Shown here: positions 48,501-60,900 of the stretch, in pieces
How positions within the stretch are numbered: position 1 is the first letter of the stretch
Layout: every line of letters begins with the position of its first letter
From: Sphaerodactylus townsendi
Lineage: Eukaryota
Direction: 5' to 3'
Assembly (NCBI RefSeq): GCF_021028975.2
Contig: NC_059438.1
Span: 28,086,001-28,150,000 of the forward strand
DNA: 64,000 nt
The notes under the pieces: generated by a model
Seen by the model: only the letters and a program-made list of their open reading frames with translations
What the model was told of the DNA's origin: nothing
Databases searched by the model: none
Translations under genes and position numbers: made by a program

Positions 48501-51500
48501 TTGACTTCTTTCCCAGATGTTAACTAGAAACTAGTAAATAGTGTTTACAAACAATAAAGTAGTTTCGGCTGTCTGAGAGCTGAAGTTTAGGTGGTTGGGA
48601 GTAGTAAAACCAACTTAGTTTCAAAGCATACTAAACATACCTTCTTTATATGTGTGAATGTTAGACATTGAGGCTTAAGCACTGCCTTTGAACCTGATGT
48701 GTCTTGTTTGTAGCTTCTCGGGCCAAGCAACAGTGCTAGAGCGTAAGCACTTGTTATAACTGGGGCGCTTCAGCTCTCAACTGAACTGCTCTTTTAAGAA
48801 CAAGGTACATTTCAGTTCCTCGCTGCCACTCACTACCCCTTCCTCTTCCAGGGAGACTTGCTTGAGCAAATATATTCAGATTAGGATCTTATTGGCCTTT
48901 TATTCTTTCTCAAGATTTGCCAGCCTCATTCTGCAAACTGCAGAGTAACACAGCAGTATCTCGGCAGCAGAAGAAAAACGTGGCTGAGAATCGTTAGAGT
49001 GGTAGCCAGTACAAGTAGCAAAGCCATTTTCAGACAGGATCACTGAAGGTTTTGTTATTATCAAGATTCTGCCCAAGAATGTTGTACCCCTGGGAGCAAG
49101 GTAGACTCCTAAGCAGATGTTGGACAACTGAGCAATTGCATAGTATCAGATTAGTGTTATGTCATACAAACACAGAGGTTGTATAATGCCATTTCGCTTA
49201 CTCTTAAATGCATATAGAAATAGGTTGCCTTATCTACAGCATGATGTTAGAGGATACATAGAAACCTAGGTAGCAGACCCTAAAAAGGTAAAGGCTGCAT
49301 GTGCATTGTTTTGATAGGTAAATTATTAGGTCTTGTGTGACTAAACAAAGCCGTCGCCCATTAAATAGTTGTGGAAAATATCTAGTTATGTCTGTTCTTA
49401 ACATGAATTTTGTCCTCAGATCGACCCGCTGGCTGGGATGGCATCTCTTAGTTTAGGTGGTTCAGCAGTTCCACATACCCAGAGTATGCCTGGTTTTCCT
49501 CCAAACCTGGGTTCAGCCTTTAGTACCCCTCAATCACCAGCAAAAGCATTTCCTCCACTTTCTACGCAAAACCAGAATACACCTTTTAGTGGGATTGGCG
49601 GACTCTCATCACAGCTTCCAGGTACTGACGCTATCATATCATCCCATTGGTCCTTGTTCTTTCGTTGAGTATTAAAACATGCTAATGACTGCACCTTTAA
49701 AAAAATGAGACCGTTGTTTTGTGTTTTTCCTCAGTTGGTGGTCTTACAACAAGTAGTCTGGGTATAGGAACTGGGGCCCTCGGCCTCCCTGCAGTGAACA
49801 ACGACCCCTTTGTGCCAAGAAAACTGAGCACATCAGGATTGAACCAGCCTACATTCCAGCAGAGTAAGATGAAACCTTGTAAGTGGTAGTGTTGTCTGAT
49901 TGTGCAGTGTGACTGTGGTGGTATGTAGCAAACTGGGTGTCTCTCTCCCCACCCCCACCCCAAACTCCAAAATTTAGGGCACCAGCTTCAGCCTGTGTGG
50001 TTTCTGCTTCTTTTATTGTTTCCCCTTTGTCCCACTTTTTCTTCAGGGGACTCCCAAGTGTCCTAGATGGGACTTCCACGCAGGCCAGCTGGGGCTAACC
50101 AGAGTGAAGCTCGTCTAGCCGTAATAAACCAGAGTTAGGCATGCATCCAGCACAGTAGCTAGGACTAGTTCTAAATTATTTCCGATCCAGAGGCAGCCAC
50201 CTGAATCAAATGGTTTACCAGTATGAATGAGAAATCACTTTTGTAGCAACATGAGCAGAATTTAAGGCTGTCTTCGCTATCAGTCTGCCCTGACTGCTGG
50301 TGAAGAGACCCATCAGGTTGATGGCTGGTTAGTCCCCCACCCCCTTCTTGTCCTTCTTGCACGAACACTGCAGCTGTGCAAGAGAGGAGGTCAGGTTCTT
50401 CAAGCCTGCTGATAATAGCTTTGGATACTGGAACGCGGTATGTTGTGATTGTGGGAAGTGTTGCATCTCCTATTCTGCATCTTTCCCTAGCTATTAGAGA
50501 AGGATCGAGTCACATCATTTCCCCCCATTTCTTTACCATATGCTAGTGTTCTCAGAGAGAATAGTGGTGCCTTCTTCACATGACCAAGCTGCTCATATGT
50601 CTTTTCCCTTCTTCCTTTTTGAGTAGAATGTGCGTTTGGTATATATATGTATTCACAAAACTATTTGATTTAGCTTACCAGAGCAAGAAACCTTTGATAA
50701 AGATGTCGCTATTCTAACAAATATGTTAGAATAGAACAGTGGTATTTACGTTTTGAGAGAGACTGTAGTTCATTGTGTCTTGACACACAGAAAATCCTAG
50801 GTTTAGGTCCCCACACCTCCAGTTAAAAATATCAGGTGGTAGTTGATGTAACAGGCTACCTGAGATCCAGGTGAGCTGTGCCACTCTGAGTAGACCATGG
50901 ATGTGATTCTGTATGTCAGCTTCATGATTTCCCCATAGGACAGGTTAACATTTTCAAGTCTGACTCTAACATTTTAAATGAAGGGAAGTGAGGAGACAGC
51001 ATTAAGCTCTAAAACAAGGTGACTGTTGATTTCATCATTAGAATGGCTGTTGACACACATTCCATATTAAAGTGCACATGACAACTTTTACTGAAACCTT
51101 GCCAGTATCCAGGAGATTGACCCCTTTTGCTCCACTTTCCATGGATTTTCAGCATTAGGATTTTATAGCTAATGAGGGTGTTAAACTTTCTTGGAGGAAA
51201 AAGAGATAGTATGATAGTGATGCAGTAATTTCTCTGGACGTGGTTGTCAGAGGGGTCTCCTGAGGATACATTTTGTGGCAGTGTGTGTAAACTGTAGGTG
51301 TGAAAATACACAACTGTGGCACAAGAGTGCTTTGGATCAGCAAAGGCTCCCTATGAACCATTGTGTTTGGGATACTGGATGTGTGGCATGAGGAGTTAAA
51401 GGAGAGAGGAGTCCGTGGGAGATGAGCTATACATTTAGAATACAAAGACTTTCTCATTGCTCCGTTTTCAGTATACAGGGTGAGCAGTTACTGTTCTCAG

Positions 51501-54500
51501 TTTGCAAGGCTTCATTTTAGTTCTGTTTATTGCAGTACAAAACTTGGACATACCGAATAAACGACTAGTAAACCTAGCAGCAGTGAATTGTGATCTCATT
51601 CTTATACTGAAGTTGTATGAAAGTGTGTCTGCATGTTTGTGTTCGGCATGCTGCGTGCACACGTGCTGTGTTCAGCTCAGTGGGCTGGGCCAAGGAATAA
51701 AGACACTCCCCTTTTACTGTCCATGGGACTTGCTTTCCTGCCCTGTAGAGTTACCATCAGTATAATACACAGACTGTATTTTGTCGATCACTTGACCCAC
51801 CAAAAACCAGTTTCTGATCCCTTGGGATTGTGGAATAAACATGGTTTCCAGCAGTTTATGTATGTATTTGTGTCCTTTTTTCTCCTTACTTCCCATCAGC
51901 TGACTTATCTCAGGTATGGCCGGAGGCAAATCAGCACTTTAGCAAAGAGATTGATGATGAAGCCAACAGTTATTTTCAACGCATTTATAATCACCCTCCA
52001 CATCCAACTATGTCTGTAGATGAGGTGAGCTTTGAGGAGCTGGTGTGTCGCCCCGCACATGCGCTTTTTCTCTCCCCTGGCTGTTTGTCCTTAGTAGCAT
52101 CCTTTACAGTCTTGTACTAAGTTTGGGGCAACAAGTGCTTGCAACATTGCTTTTTGTTTGGTTACAGTAGAAGGGATGTTTAAGTTTAAAGTTCCAAGAT
52201 GCATGCCTATGCTGTAGCAGACAGCTAATGTGCAAGTGAAAATTGGATAGTTTTAAAATGTGTCCAGTGGAAAGAAAACTGCTGTATTGCAAAAAACAGT
52301 ACCAAGCAAACTTCACACAGATAGGTGGGTTTTCTGAACTGTGTGCCATGGTCTGGTAGTTTTTGCTTTTAACGATTCCCCCATATTTATGGCTGGCATC
52401 TTCAGAAGCTGGTCATGATAAGATGCTTTTCTGCCCATGGAACACGACATGCCTCTGAAGATGTCTGCCAGAAATGCAGGCAAAACGTTAGGAGCAGAAA
52501 CACCGCTTGGGAATCTCACAATATTTTCACACAGTTTTTGTAATTCAGTATTGGATGTCAAAGCATTAGGGTTGCATTGGCTAAAACAGCATTGATAGAC
52601 TTAAAAAGAAATCCCTATTGTGCTGAAAGCTATCAGCAAAAATTCTACTTTTGCCGTGCAGCCTCTTTTGGGGTGAGCAGTTCTTTAGAGGTTTTCTAAA
52701 ATAGCATACTTCTTAGCAGAGGAGTATGTTAGCTTAAGCTTTAGATGTCAGGATGATTTGTAATACTCAGTAAATTGAACTATATCACCATCCATTTTTC
52801 ACTCGTGTGGATTGTTAGGAAGTATTATTTTAATATTCTGCATTTCCAAAATAACCAGACAATTCTTGTGGCAGACACATTCATATCTAGGGTTCATCTG
52901 TTGCTGTTCCATAAATGCCTTTCTGTTTAAACGTCCACACATTTTTATTTTGCTTCCAATAGTTAAATTAAAAAGAGAGTGATTTCAGATTTTTTTTCCA
53001 CTGGCAAACTATGTGCTTGGTTTTTCTAGTGAATGTGACACTGTGCAAGTGCTTTCAATTCCTATTGTGAAATGACTGAGTGAAAACAAGTCTCTTTGTA
53101 ACATTCTGCTTTCTTTGCAGGTGTTAGAAATGCTACAGAGGTTTAAAGACTCCAACATTAAACGAGAACGGGAAGTATTTAACTGTATGCTGAGGAATTT
53201 GTTTGAGGAGTATCGCTTTTTCCCCCAGTACCCAGATAAAGAACTACATATAACAGCCTGCCTGTTTGGTGGGATAATAGAGAAAGGACTGGTTACATAT
53301 ATGGCCCTTGGCCTGGCCTTGCGCTATGTTCTTGAAGCCTTACGAAAGCCTTTTGCATCCAAAATGTACTATTTTGGTATTGCTGCACTAGATAGATTTA
53401 AAAATAGGTGAGTGTCTTTTTATAATATTTCCAGAAATGTGGGGGTGGGGAGTGTCACTAACTTGCATGTCTTTGCCAACAGTGTGTGGCTTTGCACTGT
53501 TTTTGAGTCCATACTACAACAGAGATACAGAAACTGAATAGAAATTTGTGTTAAAAGGGGAAGCAGAATTTAGTGTGACTACTTAGGTGGCATAACAGAA
53601 GTTACTGCTGAATATTTCTTGAATTAAGTTATGAGGTGACAACATCTTCCTGTTGTTCCTTAAGTGGAGAGATTGCAGATCCTTGTTTTCACTACCAAAA
53701 AATAAAATAAAATAGGTACGATCCAGCCAGCTTAGCCTTTTATGTCCCATTAATATCAGCCAAAGGAGCATCTATTGCATGAAGTCAAGGGAACGGCATC
53801 TTAGTTCATGGAACATGTCTGTCTGCTAGCCCTGTGGAGAGGTTCAAATGTTTGCTTAGTAACCATGAGGACTAGCTGCATTATTTTAAAAAAGGATTGT
53901 GTCACATAAGTAGAGTTGTTCTACCTGTGCATGAACTCTATTTCAGTACTTCTTTCAGGATGTTTGTTTCTTGTTTGTTTTACTAATGAAGTGTTTTGCT
54001 GTTGACAGATTGAAGGACTATCCCCAGTACTGTCAGCACTTGGCTTCTATTAGTCACTTTATACAGTTCCCTCATCACTTGCAGGAGGTGAGTGTTTAAA
54101 AAGTCATGGAAAGCGAACTAGAAAGGGGAGGAGGTGGGACCAGAAGGAAAGAGAGGAGAACTGCTGTGTTAAGCATTTGTGTCTGTTGAAGTCCCTTAAC
54201 TGTCCTCTCAATAAAAGACCTGTACAAGTTCTGGGTGAATTTCCTTTTATAGAAAACCCATAGCCCTTTGCCACTGAAAGTTCATATTTGACCATTTCTC
54301 TTAATACTTGCAAGGCAGCTTTTATTTTGTGTTCCTCCCCAAGAACAAGTTTTCCTAGGAGTGGTAGTTTGTCTGCCCCAACCTTTCAAAAGTGATCCAA
54401 AAAGGGGCAATGCAGTTGGAATCCCTAGGGGTCCGATGTAAATGCTGTGGTCCAAACACGAAAGGCAATGTTGACTTTAGGGTCTGTGCTTCAAATGACA

Positions 54501-57500
54501 TTCCATTCAGTAGGGATTTGTATACATGTATGTAATAACTGAATATTTACATGTCATAGAAGGTCTTGTCAGTTTTAGTTCAGAAAGGACAACACCCTAG
54601 TTGGGCTTCTCTCTGTGTTTCGATTCTCACATATCACCAATGGGAAAGTATTTTTACTCCTGGTGATGATAGAAACTTACTGTCCTTGCTCAAAATACTG
54701 TTCATACCTTGGTAATGATCCCTGTCCTCTTGTTGGACCACCATTTTATGATTTTGTATTATTGAAATATTGGAAGACTTCTCCCTTTTGCAATAGCAAG
54801 CTGTGTGTTTCCTTTCATTTTTGTAGCCTCTTATATTTCAGCAGTAGGGAAGATTCTGGGGGTTGAAATGGGACCATAAGATCTTGGGCCTCCAAAGGTT
54901 GCTTGCCACATCCCCAAGTTCTGTTCATGACTAGAGGACAGCTGCATCTCTAGCTATGTTAAGCTGGACAACTGGAGCATTCTAGATTTCCATGGATGGT
55001 GTTAAGAGTTACTTGGGTGTTTCAGAAACAGGGATGTTTGTGGAGTGGTTCTAGTACTGTGGAAGTAGTAGACTTCCAGATCCACGAGAATCTTCAGAGT
55101 GTCCACCTTTTTGTCTCTCTTAGTACATTGAATATGGACAGCAATCAAGAGATCCTCCTGTGAAGATGCAGGGCTCAATCACCACCCCTGGAAGTATTGC
55201 ACTTGCTCAAGCTCAGGCCCAGGCTCAGGCTCCAGCAAAAACGCCTCTTGCTGGTCAAGTTAGCACTATAGTAACCACCTCTACCACAACCACTACTGTG
55301 GCCAAAACCACGATCACTCCAGTGGGTCGAGTCAGCTTTAAGAAGGATGTGCCGGTGAGTGCATAGCCTGGGTACTGGGGGTGGGGGAGAATATGATGAG
55401 CATGCTTGAATGTATGCTCAAGGGCACAGTCATACAGACACCCCCCTGCATTAACATCTGATTACTGCCTAAGGCAGAACACCTGGTGCTTCAGGTGTTC
55501 ATGGCCATGGTGGCAGGGGCTGATGGGAATTGTAGTCCATGAACATCTGGAGAGCCGCAGGTTGCAGACTCCTGATGTAGATCGTGATGTAAAAACTCCA
55601 TTTGTTTCCTCCTTAAACATTTGTTTTTGTTTTACAGCCATCAATTAATACAACCAACATTGATACCCTGCTGGTGGCCACAGATCAAACAGAGAGAATT
55701 GTTGAACCCCCTGAAAACGTACAAGAAAAGATTGCCTTTATCTTCAACAACCTGTCTCAATCAAATATGACTCAGAAGGCAAGTAGTTCTGTAGTTCTCA
55801 ATCAAATATGACTCAGAAGGCAAGTAGTGTGTAGTTCTGTCCTGGTTTTTGTTTCTCTTCTTTTGAAGAGGCTGTTGGAACTAAGGGATCGAGCAAATCT
55901 CATTCATGAGGAGGGTGGGATGGCTTGCAGGGAGCCTGTCTGTGGGGTTCTTTCATGCAAAACACTCTTTTATAATTATGCCATATAAAGAAACATATGC
56001 AGGTTGTGTGCTTTAGTCACTGGAAGCCACAGAATTCAATACTGCTACACAGAAGTGTGGGGTTCTGAATTCAATACTGCTACACAGAAGTGTCGGGTTC
56101 TGTGCCTAGGGTCATGGGATATACTTATGATTCGTTGAATAATTTCTCCTTAATGTGTGTTTGTGGGGGCAGGTTGAGGAGCTGAAGGAAACAGTGAAAG
56201 AAGAGTTCATGCCTTGGGTTTCACAGTATCTGGTGATGAAGAGAGTTAGCATTGAGCCAAACTTCCATAGCCTCTATTCGAACTTCCTCGACACGCTTAA
56301 GAATCCAGAATTCAACAAAATGGTCCTCAATGAAACCTACAGAAATATCAAGGTAGGAGTTGCGCTGTCAGTCTTTTTCACCTGCCTTTCAAGAAGAGGC
56401 AGAGTTAATGACCGAATGCCCCTGACACAGGATGTTGCTACCCAACCTTGCTTGTTGGAGTGCAGGTATGCTAAAAGCTTCCTTAACCAGTTAAAAACAT
56501 GCTGGCTAACGAAGTGGTGATCCGCAGCTTGAGAGCAGCTGAAAGGAACAGGTGGTAAATCCCAGTGGGCTCCTGGTCATGGGCACCTCCCTGGGCAGCA
56601 GGAGGCTTGGTGCCAGTAGCCAGGAAGCCCAGCTGAGTCGTGGCCTTTGGTGTACAGGGCCAGAGCCTGCTGCATTCCTGCAAGTGGAGAAGAGGTAGAG
56701 GACATGTGGTCCAGCCAAGAGTAGAACATTCCTCCCCCCAGTTAACATGGTAGCATGGTGGGGATTTAAAGGATTGGCTGCATAACTGATCTGCACCATG
56801 GGGTCTGGGAGCGCAGGAGAGAGTGAGGTCACAGCCACGGACAGCTTTCACAGCTGGGAGTCTCAGCTTGTTCCACTCCTGTCTGCTGTCTCTTGAAATC
56901 AAGTAGTGGTGGCCAGCATCCCAGTGAACAGGGCTTCTGCATCTGGATTACGTGGACCACACAAGTTTTGATATGGGGCTCGGGTGGTAGTTCCCTTGTA
57001 CATAAGTTATGGTTTTCTGTAAGACTTTAATCTGTCCTGTTTAACTTGCTTCATTGTCAGTTTCCTGCTTGGTGTTTCCTGGCTTCTCAATATCCTGATA
57101 AATTGAAGAGTAGGCCACCATTTATAGGCAAATTTCAAATGTGATGGAAGCCCTAGATCTCTTGCAGAATGCTTATGCGGGTTGCTTTAGCCATTTCGTT
57201 GGACAAGCAAGAGCCCCCTAGGTAGAGGAGCTCAAATATAGGTGAAAGACTGCATTGAACAAGCAATTGTAGTCAGCTCGACAAATCCCAAGAACACAAA
57301 ACAGAAAGGGAAGTAAACATAATTAGTAGTTGAAAAACATTTTATCCCAGTGTGAGGCATTGGCCGCTTTGAAGGACATAAGGTACATCTTCAGGCCCCA
57401 CAGCATGGTGTTCTACAGATGTTATTGTACAGTAGCCTGTAGAGCTAAGTAGGAAAGAAGCTTCGTTCGAAAGGAATGAACTTTGTTTTGGGTTTTTTGG

Positions 57501-57962
57501 ACAGGTAACTGACTTTTGAAAACTCTGTAGGGCTGCAACTTGACAGCAGAAAACCCCCCAGCAAACCTGAATTTTGACTTAAAAATATAATAGCCATTGT
57601 ATATGGAGCACTGCCTTAATTGTAGTTTTAGTGCAGCAAACAATCCATGGTATAGCGGCTGAATTCAGCTGTCCTTTTGAGGCCTAAAACTTTTAGATCT
57701 CAAGTTGAGTCCTATATTGCTTGTGACTCAGGTATCTGCAGGACTGTCATCTCCTATATGTTTCTACCTGGGAGTTAAGATCACAGAGGGAAGGCCCTGT
57801 GCCAGGAAGCAAAGCATCTCGTTTGTTGGGTACATTAGGGAGGTCTTTTGCATAGTAGTCTCATGATTATGATTATGTTTTGAGTTGCAACACTAACAGA
57901 AGATGTTAAATGAGGCTTCATAGATATACTAGTCCTTCCTGTTAACTTAAATTTTAACACTC

Positions 57963-57998
<36 letters not shown>

Positions 57999-60900
57999 CC
58001 CCCCCCCCCCCAATTAGGTACTTCTCACATCTGATAAAGCTGCTGCCAACTTCTCGGACCGATCTCTGCTGAAGAACTTGGGTCATTGGTTGGGAATGAT
58101 CACACTGGCAAAGAACAAACCCATCTTACACACGGTAAATCTGAGTGGGGTGGAGCTGATATTGTGAAGCTGGAAGTTTTGGTGCATCCTCGTGCACTTA
58201 TTTTCCTGGCTGATTTTTGTCACATTCAACAAAAATTTCAGCAGAGCATGAACAAGCTATTGAAAGAAAACAGTCTTTGCAAAGGTGGGTGGGGGGATCT
58301 CTTTCGTTCTCTGCTGTGCTATTTTGCATTACCAGGTTTCATTTGCACTACTTTGATTTTAGGACTTGGATGTGAAATCGTTGCTTCTGGAGGCTTACGT
58401 TAAGGGGCAGCAAGAGCTGCTGTACGTTGTGCCATTTGTTGCCAAAGTCTTGGAATCGAGTGTGAGAAGCGTGGTAAGTCTGATGCCAGGTGTTCTGTCA
58501 TGATGAAAAAAGGACATGTCTGTACAAAAGGAGAGCCAGTAAGCCCACCCTGCCATGTTCCGAGATAAATTTCAAGTGATTTGTTCATTGTCCCAGCCTA
58601 TTGGTTCCTGAGGAGTCTCTTTCTTTGAGAGTTTGTAAACAGAATCTGGGCGGCCATCTGTCAGGAGTTCTTTGATTGGCAGGGGCTTGGACTTGATGAC
58701 TCCTATGGTCTCTTCCAACTCTATTTGGGCATATCCTCACAACCTAAAGTAAAAGGATTAGACAAATCATCATGATGTAGATCCACTTTGCCGGTACTAT
58801 GAAGGGCTTGGTCTGCCATAATCTTACTCACACTGCTTCTGTCAGCTCTTTGAGGGGCATTTTCAAAATTTGGAAAGTACATCACTTCCAATGAAGGATA
58901 AGAATCAGAGGCAAGAATAGTCAAAAGCATGAATTTCTTGGTTCCTTTTTGTTTGCTGTGGCTGCGCCTCTTCTAGATAAGCTAACACAATGGGAGAACG
59001 CTGCAGTCTTAAAGCTAATGAAGGAAAGATCTATACATCCATTAAAAAGGAAAGGAGGCAAGGGATGGCATGCAGCACATTTCACTTAATCATTTGTAAC
59101 ATTGGCTTATAAATAGGGGTCAGAAGTGTCACTAGTAGAGAATGTCAAGAAAAGATGCTTTGAAAACTTGCCTACTGTTGTAATAGTTGGGAACTTGCTG
59201 TGTTTCATATTCATACCTGTCACTTTCCTACGGGACACAAGTGGCGGCTGATATTTGCACAGAGCTGAGGTACTGCTTCAAGATAGCATTTCCAACAAAA
59301 AACAACAGCTAGACATGGAAGGGGTGGGACTTGGTGAAAAAGAGACATTGCTGCTCCTTAACCCTCACGTTAGGCATGGGAGGATACCTGAGGTGGTTAG
59401 AGATGGCAGTGGAGCAGCCAAATGCATGTCTTTTCTGACTCTACTTGCATAAGCATGGATTTAAGGCATGTATTACACATGTTGTACGAGTGCTGTCCAG
59501 AAGGATACAGGCTTGCTTTTCTGTAGGTGTGTTTAAAAGGTTCCACATGTGTCAGTGTAAGTTGTTCAAGTTCCTTGGCTGGTTTTGTTAACGTTGCCCT
59601 CCCACTCTCCTTTTATATTCTAGGTTTTCAGGCCTCCCAATCCTTGGACCATGGCGATCATGAATGTACTCGCAGAGTTGCACCAGGAACACGATCTAAA
59701 AGTAAACTATGCCAAACTTCTCTCATCTCCGCAGCATCACTTGATTCCGGGGTGCGGGGGAGATTGGCAAAAATGTATTGTGTGACAACTGTAGTTTACT
59801 CAAAGAAACTGCAACTTGACTTTCTGTAGACTAGAATAGATTTTAAAAAAGACAGGTTCTAAATTCGGAATCTCCAACCATGCTGAACCTGCAAGTGTGT
59901 CTGCCAGATTTTGAGAAAGGTTTTTGTGGACTCTGCACAAAATGGTTGTAAGGGGCCAGGGGGCTATGACTCACTTTTCTGGGATCAACCAGAGGTGGGA
60001 TCCAGCAGGTTCTCACAGGTTCCCGAGAGTAGGTTACTAATTATTTGTGTATGCCGAGAGGGGGTTACTAATTGATGATTTTGCTACATGATTTTTGCCT
60101 TAGTTACGCCCCTCCTCTCAGCAGTAGCGCGCAGAACTTGAAGCAGTCTAACAGGAGGTGGCCTGGCGTGCGTGGCAGCCTGCGCCTGCGTGCATTCGTT
60201 TCCCGCCCAAGGACCGGCGCAGCGGCTGCGTCCTTGCCACAGCCCCACCCAGGAATGCCCCGCCCCCGGAATGCCTGGCCACACCCCCATCGTGCCCCAC
60301 CCAGCCCCATTGGTGCTTTGCCACAGTTTGAATCCCACCACCATGGGAACCTGTTACTAAAATTTTTGGATCCCACCACTGGGATGAACACACTGGTTTG
60401 CTAGTCAGACAACTGATTTGAAACCACCCACCTCTGTCTTTAGAAAGATGATGGGAAATACACCATTGGTAGGTGCCATGACATTCCCAGGCACCACTGT
60501 TTTAAATTATGTTGCTGCTTTTGTTCAGAATATTTGGCTTGAAGCACTTAGTGGTTCATCACATATCTTAAATTGTGAAGCAGCAGTCAGATGTTGAAGT
60601 GAATCTGCATTGTCATCTGACACGGTGACTTCATTCATCCCTGGTTAATTATTGCACAGCTGAACCTGAAGTTTGAGATTGAAGTGCTCTGCAAGAACCT
60701 TGCCCTTGACATCAACGAGCTAAAACCTGGAAACCTCTTGAAAGACAAGGATCGACTTAAAAATCTGGATGAACAGCTGTCTGCTCCAAAGAAGGATGTG
60801 AAGCAGCCTGAAGAATTGCCACCCATTACGACCACCAGTAAGTGTAAAGTCATGTCATGTTGCCCACCCTTAAGAACATAAGAAAGAGCCTTACTGGATC

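Noticed and set aside
56353-58017. Expected position of SNORA46, the second snoRNA hosted by human CNOT1
   Set aside because: No guide pair TTTAA/TACGCT or H/ACA architecture found by eye; the GAGTTAAGATCACA look-alike near 57773 belongs to an L2 fragment. An Infernal search is needed before claiming loss.
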